A stretch of 61,059 bases of DNA, counting the filler, from Stramenopiles sp. TOSAG23-6 (Eukaryota), in NCBI GenBank assembly GCA_900128565.1. It is 13 parts of 13 records of this genome, joined end to end, with 100 filler letters (N's around TTAATTAATTAA, not from the genome) between each part and the next. Parts side by side here need not be neighbours in the genome. Positions count along the whole stretch, not along the records: positions 1 to 4,634 come from LT637109.1; positions 4,735 to 9,361 come from LT637110.1; positions 9,462 to 14,083 come from LT637111.1; 10 more parts are not named here. The stretch is one strand, 5' to 3'. Each line of letters opens with the position of its first letter. Within the stretch, counting starts at the first letter, position 1. Below are positions 1 to 10,174 of this stretch, one piece after another. Made by a program: the position numbers and the translations under genes. The notes beneath the pieces were generated by a model. It saw only the letters and a program-made list of their open reading frames with translations, did not search any database and had not been told where the DNA came from.

Positions 1-73
1 TTTTTTTGTTAGCAAAAAAATTGTTTATAAAAAAAAAAAAAAAAAAAAAAAAAATGAAAAAATGAAAACAAAC

Positions 74-533
74 CAACAGCCCGAGACCAAGCATTACTCA
101 ATATTATACCAATTGGTCCGCCCATTTCCTCCGATGGTACATTGTCGCTATCAACACGATTGTATTGAGGATATAAATTGTCACCAGAACTTTTTGGAAA
201 TACTGTGGGTAAAGTCGCATTTAGTTGGAGAGAGTCATGCTTACCCGTTGCTGTGTGTGAGAGTAAATCTCTGATTTGTTCCATTTCTTTTACAACAGCA
301 GCGTTTCGCATGTTTAACGAATGTCGTAATGCAATTACTTCACTCTCTAAACGTGCATGGCTCCACTGAGAAAGATCTTCAGCTTCCGACAATTCTGGTA
401 ATAACTCATCAGTTCGTTGATTTAGTTCACGACGCAAACTGACTTTTGTCGAATCAAATTCGTGCTGTGACTCATCATTAAATTCGTGATTAAATCCAGA
501 TGAACAAAGTCGTTCCAGTAATCCCCACAGCAT
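74..533 (-). CDS. Hypothetical protein, first exon (coiled-coil-like), followed by a family-like intron running off the window start
   Basis: ATG at 533, open frame until GTTTGTTTTC donor-like site at 73, then poly-T and TTTTGCTAAC. Confidence 0.55.
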
Positions 534-914
534 TTTTTTTTAACCAGATATACTTCGAGTTCAAAATACTCCGAATTAATAAGGTAGTAGTATTTGTCAT
601 TCTATAAGGAAAGACACAAATGAGAAAGCGCTCATTTGTGTCTTTAAGAGCGACAGGTTTGTTTCTCAAAAATAAAATAAAAAAAAAGAAAATTTGAGAT
701 TTCTTTTCACTCTGGGGACAGTCTCTCTACGGATGGATATAGCTATACAACTATTTTCCAAGTAAATTATTTTTTAACTGTAATAGTAATCTTCTCTTGA
801 TTCAATTATTGCTCCAAGTATATATATATATATTGGGTGAGTCCATTTTGTATTTGTGTATAATAGAGTAAAATTTTATAGACAGAAATCTACTATAAAA
901 TAAAGTGTTTGGTT

Positions 915-1905
915 ATGAGTAATGCAGGTAGTGGACGCTGTAGCCCAGTTCCTGAAGAGAGTGTTGCACATGAACTTGGCCAGTTGCTCTTGAAACTCCA
1001 ACGTTCATTTATTTCGCATGTACCATCTAAATTACAACTACGGAATACAACTTTGTCATGGGATGCAGATGCCAATATCGAGACAATTCTTCAAAAAGCT
1101 GCGTCTCTTTTAACTCCATTTCTTGATGTTTCTTTCCCTGCGTTATCGTCTGCAGTCAACGAAACCATTTCAACGCGTTCGAATACTGATTCAGAAAAAA
1201 ATCTAGCACCAAATCTGAACGAACCATTGGTAACACAGCCAGGTGATATTATACTTGTTCGGTCTCTTGGTCCAATATCACAATTAACTCGGTGGGTAGT
1301 CCGTCAGGAGTATGACCATGCCGCAGTAGTTGTAGGTCGTGAAAAAGTTATTCATGTGAGCCCTCCTCGTATTAAACTTGTATCAACACGTCAACTTCTC
1401 TTAGAACGTTCTGGGTATATTGTATTCCGCCCTAAATTAGCTCCGGAATCAATAAAACGTTTTGTACATAGAATGAAACGCCTTGAAGGAGAACCGTACA
1501 ATCTCGGACGTGCTGCAATGTTTATGTGTAGACTTGCAGTTCAGCATAACTTTGGCCTTCTACCGATGGAAAAGATGCGTCCAGATACGTCAATGTATCC
1601 AAAAGATATACAAAAGAATAATAATTTTAGTCGAAGAAGAATGGAAAATATAAAAGAGAAACATTCAAATAGTTCTGGTGGTGACACTCAACACACTCAA
1701 TTAAATAGTACTCAACCTGATATTTCAAATAGTTCTGGTGGTGGCACTCAACACACTCAATTAAATAGTACTCAACCTGACATTACTAGTGGATCTATTA
1801 GTAATAGCCATTTGAATAATAATGATGACTTAATTAAAAATAGTGGATCATATTTTTATGAGTGGAAGGGGCATCCATTTCGCAGTGAAGGTGTACGTTT
1901 TCATA

Positions 1906-1939
<34 letters not shown>

Positions 1940-2624
1940 GGATTTTTTTTTAAATATTTTGTACATTACATATTAGTCCTGAAGGTATTATTTGTACCGA
2001 TATGATACTTCGAACATTAGAACAGTTATCTCCAGAATTTGCAAGTGCCATCAGTTCTCAAATATTACGCTCAAAATTAGACTATATTGTACATGGGGCA
2101 GCATCACCATCCGATGTAATCACTTTGAGTAAAAAATATCCTGAATTATTGAAGCGAATAGATTCAAAAGTTTCTTCTACTGTAAACACTGAAATGATGT
2201 ATGTTTTATTTTTTTTTTTACAAAAAAATCGAATTTTTTTTTATAGTAAATTTTGTACCTAACAATTTTTTTTAGATTTCTTTGAAATATTTTTCCAAAA
2301 TACATGATGACTTCAAAAATGCCACAAAATGTCACATTGAAAAAGTTAAAACTTGGAGGTTATTTAGTATTATTTTTATTATTAACGAAACGATTGCAGA
2401 AATTAGCAAAGCATGGTTTATCTTTACTCTTTCGATGGACATTTACTGTTGTAACTATGTTGTACGCCAAACCTCTTTTGAAAGATTTTTTAGAAGGTGG
2501 TGAGGTAGATTTTAGTGTTCTAGTACAAAATTGTCAGACTTTGTTAATGAGGACGACAAAATTTGTTATTCATTTACTGAAAGATCAGTACCCCAAAGTT
2601 GCTATGATAAATTCGAGGATATAA
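915..2624 (+). CDS. Permuted papain-like NlpC/P60 (YiiX/YebB-like) protein; exons ~915-1892, 1972-2198, 2306-2624
   Basis: PGDIILVRS...YDHAAVVVG...GEPYN with downstream ICTD Cys; three ORFs join in frame after intron removal. Confidence 0.6.
1663..1782 (+). repeat. Two-copy 60-nt coding tandem repeat (SNSSGGxTQHTQLNSTQPDI)
   Basis: Direct comparison of 1663-1722 with 1723-1782. Confidence 0.9.
1893..1971 (+). other. Degenerate family intron GT...AT, phase 0 (a canonical GT-AG alternative 1891-1984 also keeps frame)
   Basis: GTACGTTTTC donor, AAATATTTTGTACATTACAT end; GGT|ATT in frame. Confidence 0.55.
2199..2305 (+). mobile_element. GT-AT introner-like intron, phase 2
   Basis: AT|GTATGTTTT...GTACCTAAC...AAAATACAT|G; the internal TTTAG at 2275 would give an in-frame TGA. 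Confidence 0.85.
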
Positions 2625-2646
2625 TTGTTATAAATAAATCATAGTT

Positions 2647-3432
2647 TTACACTAATATAAAATGCGTGTATAGCACACATATTACATAGCAAAAAAATAC
2701 AGGTACTATACAAAGCTTTCCGAAAATTTGTACAGGTTTAATAAATCTTTTACCTAATCCAAATTTAAGTGTGGCTTTCGGCCAACCTTGATACAGATGC
2801 CATGACAGAACAGCTACGACAACAATATAAAATGAGGCTGTTATTTTATCACTCAATACCTCTACCTGTAATTTATATAAGTCTCTAATATTAACAACCT
2901 TAGTTCCCCCAGTTGAAGTAGTTACATATTCCTTCCCAAATTTAAACTGATAGAGATGTATTGGGATGAAAGCCAAAAGCACTACCCCGGAAAGAAAAAG
3001 TCCAACTAATTTGAGCCACTGAAAGGATGCCTGAGGATATAATATATATTTTCGCTTGTACTGGTACGTTAGTCTCAAACCAGCGACTACGTGTATGACA
3101 CAACCCAGTAATAAATACAGCTCAATATACTTGAGGATATAGAGGGAATTGAGTACGTGGCCATATTCATTGAATGCCACAGATCCTTTTAAAATCGCCA
3201 TATTTCCTGCAGCATGAACTACAATAAAACAAAGTAAAAATACCGACGACCGCAACACGGCTTCCCGCGCATTGAAGCAAATTACGCTCTTGAACAGTAT
3301 AGTTAAGATAACTTTCAACGTTGTGAACAACACCAAAGGAAAAGAGGGGTTGCTGAAGTCTTTAACTTCTTTACAAGGTTTATCAATGATTTTCTTCTCC
3401 TCTCGATTTGTCTGACGAGTACTCATCACCAT
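2647..3432 (-). CDS. Bacterial-type succinate dehydrogenase/fumarate reductase cytochrome b (b558 family) subunit
   Basis: Hydrophobic helices with His ligands: FIVVHAAGN..AFNEYGH, IHVVAG, FIPIHLYQF, SWHLYQG. Confidence 0.7.
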   Translation of the reverse strand: MVMSTRQTNREEKKIIDKPCKEVKDFSNPSFPLVLFTTLKVILTILFKSVICFNAREAVLRSSVFLLCFIVVHAAGNMAILKGSVAFNEYGHVLNSLYILKYIELYLLLGCVIHVVAGLRLTYQYKRKYILYPQASFQWLKLVGLFLSGVVLLAFIPIHLYQFKFGKEYVTTSTGGTKVVNIRDLYKLQVEVLSDKITASFYIVVVAVLSWHLYQGWPKATLKFGLGKRFIKPVQIFGKLCIVPVFFCYVICVLYTHFILV

Positions 3433-3600
3433 GATGACTTCTACAAGAAAAATATAGTTTATTGGAGAGAAAACTTAATAGGCAATCCGCGCGAGGTCTA
3501 GACTCTTTAAATTACAAGAATGTTTGAGTAAGACTCATGAGTCATGACAGACAGAGACAGACGCGCATTCGCATTCTGACTATCTAGTTCCAAATAGCGC

Positions 3601-3613
3601 TAGGGTTAGGGTT
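3601..3613 (+). repeat. Short telomere-type TTAGGG tract (telo-box-like) between divergent genes
   Basis: TAGGGTTAGGGTT. Confidence 0.65.
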
Positions 3614-3772
3614 TAAAATTCAAACATCATGATTTTCGAGATTTTTCTCGCATTTTTCTCTGAACGACGACATTGTATCTCTCTAATTCAATGAATCATT
3701 TCTTCTTCAGTCCTCTGCGTACAAATTGATTGATTTGCTTTTTGCGGTCAGTGAGACTCTTACCTCTTGGCG

Positions 3773-4634
3773 ATGGCATTTTCTTTGAGCCAACATGTTG
3801 AAAAATCTGCCGCAACTAATCTCGATGAAGCGCTTGAAAATCTACTATATGAAGTAGATTGTCAAGTGTGCGGCAATCCAATGGTTGATCCTTATTCTCT
3901 TGACTGTCAGCATAGTTTTTGTTACTTATGTATTACAGCTGAATTGAAAAATTGCTCTGAGTGTCCAACATGCGGTTTACCCGCTCGACCAGGCGAACTC
4001 CGACCTAACCATAGTATTAAAAATATATCTGTGAGTCTACAGAAACTTGTCCAGGCACATCAGGACGTAATTGCTGCTAAAGCACAAGTAGATACTTTTG
4101 ATACGGACGAAAGTAAGTTGACCACAGAAAGACTTTCGATAAGAGATTCTTACAATGAACATAATGTTGATATATTTGGTAGTGACACATCTACTTTAAA
4201 ACTTTGTCCGCCAAACGATACTATCAGTACCTCTGCTACTACTCCAACTGTAGATAAGTCAAATAACAAAACGAGCTTCTCAAAGCATTCATCATCAAAA
4301 ACGACAAACAGTCAAGTATCACCATCACAGTTCAGCTTTACATCTATCAGTAAGGCATCAACAGCTCCAAAGTATATAGAAACAACTCCTCATCTAAAAA
4401 ATAGAACTAACCCTATTGAACAACAATTCACTTTTGGTCAAATGAACTCTTCAATGATGTCTACAGCAAGTACTCCACCGACACAAAAAGTAAATCATGT
4501 GGGTAAACAATTTGTTGAATCTACCCTTTCCAAAGAATCTTCGTCTTTAATACACGAGATACCAGGTATTTTTGGAAATGATGCTTCGCAAGATATTTTT
4601 GGTGACAAGTTATCTCAAGAAAGAATGGAAGAAA
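3773..4634 (+). CDS. N-terminal C3HC4 RING protein (BARD1/BRCA1-like), truncated by contig end
   Basis: CQVC..DPYSLDCQHSFCYLCI..CPTCGLPARPGELRPNHSIKNI. Confidence 0.7.
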
Positions 4635-4734
4635 NNNNNNNNNNNNNNNNNNNNNNNNNNNNNNNNNNNNNNNNNNNNTTAATTAATTAANNNNNNNNNN
4701 NNNNNNNNNNNNNNNNNNNNNNNNNNNNNNNNNN
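4635..4734. other. Artificial contig spacer N-TTAATTAATTAA-N; also at ~9362, 14084, 18801, 23514, 28225, 32933, 37628, 42319, 47010, 51700, 56380
   Basis: Identical ~100-nt spacer with stops in all six frames every ~4.7 kb. Confidence 0.97.
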
Positions 4735-4766
4735 TGATCGCAATGAAACATTGACTAGAGAACAAT

Positions 4767-7453
4767 TCTTTTGGAAAACAGCAGTTCCAAAGAATTAATA
4801 TTAATATGTTGCATCGTCAACTTGATCGTGATTCACTAAGTGGCATTGGCATCGCTGGACAAGCTAGTCATGGTAGGTCTCCGGAAGAAATTGAAGCTAT
4901 GCGTCAACGTCGTGTACGTTCAGCTCTTGAAAGTGCTATTTTGTGGAACAAACAAGTCAAGCATATTGCAGCACATGCTCATGTTCTAGAAGCATGGAAG
5001 CAAGTACGTTTTCATCATGAATTTCAGATTTATTTTATTTTTTTGTACGAAATTTTGTACCTAACGACTTTTTTTTAAATATTTTTTCACAATACATGTA
5101 ATTAGTGTTGCTTTTCTCCAAGCTTTGACGGCACTACGTGAAGTTGTACGAGAAGGCGATCAAGAAGTTCTTCTTGCGCGACTCGTCATGTCGACACTCA
5201 CAAAACTTCAAGAGCATCCAAACTCTCCAATGACTTTATCTGAGCCTCTGGCTGACACTGTACTCATGCTCATGTGTAAGTTACGTGAGCAGTGTAAAAG
5301 TATGACATTATCAGTTTTACAATGTAGTCAACTTTTACGAAATATTCTACAATGTTTAGTGCGTGATGGTTCTGGAGGGCGCGGTGGTCTTTCTGGTACT
5401 ACACAACAAATGAGATGTTCACTTTATACATCATTATTGTTATATCTGCAATACACTCGGGATGCCCCCAACTACGATACAGATATAGAAATAGAGGGAG
5501 CTGAATTTGATGAAGCTACTTCCGGCGGTTTCACTTTAGATGCAAGTATGAATGTTCTACTTCAACAACATCATCATCGACATGCGTCTTCATCTACTGC
5601 ATTAGAACAACAAGCTATAAAAAGACGCCGTCAGCTTCTTCACTCAAACGTTCAAGTTTTAAGTGAGGTCGGTGAAGCTTTGGCCCAAACTCTTGTTAAA
5701 GATTCCTCTGAAGGCCCCCCCTGTTTGGCGTGCATTAGCATTATCTACATTAGGTGCCGCATTGGCGTATGACCGCGATGCGCGATGGCTACGCTTCATT
5801 CGAGAAAGTGGACATTTACAACGTCTTTTGGTTGCATTACGTGAAATGCCGATTACAATTGTTTTTCCATCAAAAGTTGCGACTATAGCAGAACAAACAC
5901 AGGCAGCTGGCACAATGGCTATATACGAAAGTGCTATGTCGTTATTTGTACGTCTGGCACAATCTCGTCTTGGGGCAGCAGCATTAGTGGATTATGGAGC
6001 AGTTGATGCTATTATTACATGTGCCGCATTACAACATCTCCCTCTCGAATTTGCAGATACAATGGATATCACTGTGTCACGTGATATGAATAGTGATGAG
6101 GGAGTATTGACAGTTACACCAATGCAATCTTTTCATCGTGTGTTGGTACCAGCACTACAATTAGTTTTGAGTCTATCCGTGTCAGTGCCGAAGGACCACC
6201 ATCCTATGAAGCTTCACCTTCTCACTCTTATCAAACAACGCCGAAAGTTATTTGCAGTAGTGCTTCGACAAGCTGCTTCCTCATGGGATAGACATCAAGC
6301 TGCAGCGGCAGCGTCAATGCGTTCTCAAATTTCAACACATGGTGCATCGATAGATAATAACAGAAATACAATAAATCATAATGGAAACATAGCAAGTCAG
6401 GTTGCAGCAGCTACCGCAATAGAAGCTGGTGAAATGGAACAATTAAATCAACTTCAACTTGTAACGGCCATTCTTTCCCAAGCAACAATCGACCCGCAAC
6501 TATTTAATCAGAATCTCGAACATGATGCGGAAAAACTGCGAAAACTTGTCCTTCGTGTAATGTGTAGATTTGTATCTGTTCCTGGTATATTTAAAGGAGC
6601 TGCAGTAAATGAAATTCATCCCATATATACAAATAATGGAAGTATGAATTTAGATCACGAATCTCCGCTTGGTATTCCTTCTGTAGGAGGTCTTGACAGT
6701 CCTCTTCCACCTAAAGCACAATTACGATATTTATCTCAAATTACAGTTCTTCGAAATTGTCTTTCTTTTTGCCGTAGACAATGTATTAATTTTGATCGCA
6801 ATGAAACATTGACTAGAGAACAATTATTTTCGCCACCTGACCGTTTGTTCAGCCTGTCTGCTGCGGTGAAGAATGACTTAAATGCTGATCGAATTGGGAG
6901 TAGTAGTTTTTTTAGTGGGATGGATTCCGTAAATGATGCAGGGCGTGGGAATGTTGCAAGTGAAATTTCAAAAATGGTTCGCCCTGATACGAAAGCGCAT
7001 CTTGATGTCACGTCTCTGGATGTAGTAGTTGATTGTATTAATAGGTGCGCTCTCAGAATTTATGATATCGAGAGGTATCAGAATGAAACACAGCCTGCTG
7101 ATTCTGATGATGTTCCTGATGTGCCTCGCCAGAATAATATTGGCATTTCTTACATGTCAACTGCGACTGGTGCAGGTCGTTTTGATGCACCCTTATCTGA
7201 TGGATCACATGCAAACACCGAACCACAAATGCTTTATTTTATTCTAGAAAGTGCTTTAGTTTTGGTTCACACGCACTTGATGTTGTTCGCCCAGGATGAC
7301 GATTTTGCAAGATATCGAGCTGGGTTACCTCATTTTGTCGAAGGGGTGACCTCTAATGTGACCGTTCTTGCGGCAGCTACCCCTCATTCATTTTTGAGAA
7401 GTATTTGTCATCGTCTTCATGAACTACCCCAAAATATTAAACATGCGACATGA
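4767..7453 (+). CDS. NUP205: Nucleoporin Nup205/Nup192-like, C-terminal part; intron 5004-5097; apparent 1-nt frameshift at C7 run 5715-5721
   Basis: AWKQ|VISVAF, TQQMRCSLYTSLLLYLQ, IYESAMSLFVRLAQSRLGAAALV, ILESALVLVHTHL resemble Nup205. Confidence 0.75.
5004..5097 (+). mobile_element. GT-AT introner-like intron, phase 0
   Basis: CAA|GTACGTTTT...CACAATACAT|GTA; downstream AGs at 5105 and 5122 are out of phase. Confidence 0.85.
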
Positions 7454-7647
7454 TTTTTGGAAGACGAAATTAGGTACGAAAAAATGGTAGAGTTGTAAGT
7501 ATTTTTGAATAAAAGAGTACTCATAAAACTCATAAAATTATAATTAATTGTAAATTTACTTTTTTTTTTATCTCTACAGGTTGCAGTATGGAAATTTGGT
7601 GCAATATCATGCAAATAGAGCAGCTGCATTATCTATCTGTTCAACTA

Positions 7648-8142
7648 CTAAGTGAGCTTTGAAGAAACCTTTTCTTTTAATGCTATTGCTGAAAGAAATG
7701 TCTGTGATTCTAGATACCTAATAAGCTTAGGGGAAGCAAAGTCGAGTGCTTTAGGGTTGTTTTCGACAGCAGCAAGTACAACACTAGGATCATTCTTCAA
7801 AGTCTCGGAAGCAAATTGCAATGAACACCCATCACGTTGTACAGCAGCCAATACAATCTTACGATTATTTTTCAACTCAGATGATGCTACTTCTAGACTG
7901 TTGCCATTTAACTTTACAGCTGCCAACACAATTGTGAAATTACTAGTCCTCTCCGGTGTAAGACGTAGGTACTCTTCCACTTTTTCTGCATAATTCATTC
8001 TATCTTGAAATTCCTGACTCAACAAATGCATAGCAGATGTAGTCTGTAAGCATGTATAAATCCCTAATATTACTAATGAGAAAGTACATAATACTTTCAT
8101 CGTCTCTGAATATTCGGTGCTATGAATGCAATACAAAAACAA
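7648..8142 (-). CDS. DUF4116-like repeat protein with signal-peptide-like N-terminus
   Basis: Repeated IVLAAVxxNGxSLxxASxxLKN units. Confidence 0.7.
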   Translation of the reverse strand: MFLYCIHSTEYSETMKVLCTFSLVILGIYTCLQTTSAMHLLSQEFQDRMNYAEKVEEYLRLTPERTSNFTIVLAAVKLNGNSLEVASSELKNNRKIVLAAVQRDGCSLQFASETLKNDPSVVLAAVENNPKALDFASPKLIRYLESQTFLSAIALKEKVSSKLT

Positions 8143-8260
8143 TAATTTAGAGTAAAAAAACAGCAGAATAGCCCGATCTAGCTAGGAGTTTACTCGCAAG
8201 CAAGTAAAGTAAAAGGACTGACTGTCTTTGTACCACGTGTGACTGACATGCTGACGTAAG

Positions 8261-8298
8261 CCCTAACTATACCCTAACCCTAACCCTAACGCTAAACC
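8261..8298 (+). repeat. Telomere-type CCCTAA tract, intergenic
   Basis: CCCTAACTATACCCTAACCCTAACCCTAACGCTAAACC. Confidence 0.75.
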
Positions 8299-8637
8299 AA
8301 ATAAATCCAAAATCGAATGAAAACGATTTCACATCACATGGATCACGTGTACCGTGTCACAATGCGTACAACACTAATTCTGTGCTTGCAAATTTACTAT
8401 GTATACTACGTCGTAAAAACAAACACGGAGAAAAAACTAAGACTATTAGTAGTAGAAGAAAAAATAAATTCATTTGTAAAATATGCACTTAACACACAAT
8501 TTATTAATCTCAAAAAAGTAAAAATTTGTTCAATGGGTACAAGACTAGATTTTGGTTTTGACCCGAGTTTTTTTGAGATTTGCTCAAATGCAATTTGTCG
8601 CAATTTGTATCGCATTATGTAACCATACTCAAACATA

Positions 8638-9361
8638 TCACACAGTTTTTATTTCTTCTGCTTCTGAAATAACTGACGATTTAAGTAATTCCGCAATGTC
8701 CAAAGCTCCATGCGCCACAGCTAACCTATACGCATTGTAATTTAAACCATTCACATAATCAATATTTGCACCCGCATCAATCAGCATTCGAGCAACATTA
8801 ATATTTTGATCGACTATCGAGTACATTAGTGCGGTATAAGCATTTGTATTAATCTCCACACTATCGATATTTGCTCCAGCATCAATAAGTAGTTTCACGA
8901 TAGCTTCATGACCCCTATATGCAGCCTCCATTAATGCAGTTTCTTCGAAATCATGAGGACTCATATAATCAAGATTTTCATTGCGTAAACCAGCATCAAG
9001 CAGTACTCGAACACGCTCAACATTTCCTTTTTTTGCAGCCCGTGACATTGCCTGTTTCAGTTTAATCATTGCATTTTCACCCACATGTTGAATATGTGCA
9101 CCTTCATCAACAAGAAGTTTTACGATACCTCGATGATCATTTATTGCGGCAAAATACAACGCAGTGTCATTGACATCTACTTTAGCAGCGATGAGTTTTT
9201 GAACGACTTCTACATGACCATACTTTGAAGCAACAGTCAATGGGGTATCTCCTTCTTTATTAGCCTGATTGACATCAGCACCTGCATTAATAAGTAGTTG
9301 AACTACTCCAACACAACCTTTACCAGCAGCAAAATACAATGCTTTTTCCTTTTTGGTCTTT
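8638..9361 (-). CDS. Ankyrin repeat protein, 5'-truncated
   Basis: GDTPLTVASKYGHVEVVQKLI, ETALMEAAYRGHEAIVKLLIDAGAN. Confidence 0.9.
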
Positions 9362-10174
9362 NNNNNNNNNNNNNNNNNNNNNNNNNNNNNNNNNNNNNNN
9401 NNNNNTTAATTAATTAANNNNNNNNNNNNNNNNNNNNNNNNNNNNNNNNNNNNNNNNNNNNATGGATTTGTCAAGTATATGATGGGAAATCGGAAAATCA
9501 GGGAAATTAGATTTGCATTATCTGAGATGTAAAGATATCTGAAGATAATGAAATTATTTTATTGATACAAAGTGTAACAGTCATTCAGCCTAAATTTTGC
9601 AGTTACTGGATGGGCTCAGTGACGGTTTCACTATCTAGGAAGAAGTGGGTACCGGGTAAACCATTTATTTTTATGGTAATATTTTGGAAAGTCTTTTGTA
9701 ATCAATAATAGTTTGGGAATTGTACTGGAAATGGAGACGTTGGCACAATTGAAGACAATTGTTTAACGTGGAGGAGAGCTAGATTGAGTAACACGAAATC
9801 TGGACTTATGAACGAATGTTCGTGATGATTGATCGGCCGGTCATATTAAATGAATGGCAGATTGTTCACTCTCTTCGATACCGTTTGTGGTTATATAGTT
9901 AAGATAAGAGTAATAAGGTTATAAGTGTTTGGTTGTTGGCTTAGGGGTATTTAGAATATAATTCTAAATACATTATACAATCAAATAAAGTAGAATAGTT
10001 AATTGGTAAACTGTTTGATTCAGGGTTAAAGTTATATTGATCAAATAGTTATATTACAAACATATCGTTGTGCACGAAATCCGTCACTGCAAATCAAGCT
10101 GAAAACTATTTACTACGAAATTTCGTATACAATTAATTCAGTGTCAACGGCAGTCTTTTGTTAGGTAGTGACTA

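Noticed and set aside
1891-1984. Counting the first NlpC/P60 intron as proof of GT-AT splicing
   Set aside because: A canonical GT-AG alternative (GAAG|GT...GAAG|GT) also preserves frame, so it was excluded from the count.
2197-2303. Reading the family as U12-type AT-AC introns by sliding 2 nt
   Set aside because: It works only for copies preceded by AT (18 of 26). The donor lacks the U12 ATATCCTT consensus, the branch is ~40+ nt from the end, and AG-ending copies fix the register as GT..AT/AG.
2282-2503. Recurring short ORFs starting MKYFSKIH or containing YEILYLT / RNFVPN
   Set aside because: Translations of the intron consensus, not proteins. Likewise the ATG starts at 2304, 18656, 26554, 28660, 34458 and 47160 are acceptor CAT|G artefacts.
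4735-4767. 33-nt copy of 6793-6825 at the contig start
   Set aside because: Probably an amplification or assembly chimera at the contig edge.
5715-5721. Frameshift in Nup205 at a C7 run
   Set aside because: Most simply a homopolymer assembly error; there is no other sign of decay or recoding signal.
9461-10170. Possible degraded ORF or element at the contig start
   Set aside because: Only short broken frames; nothing I can identify.
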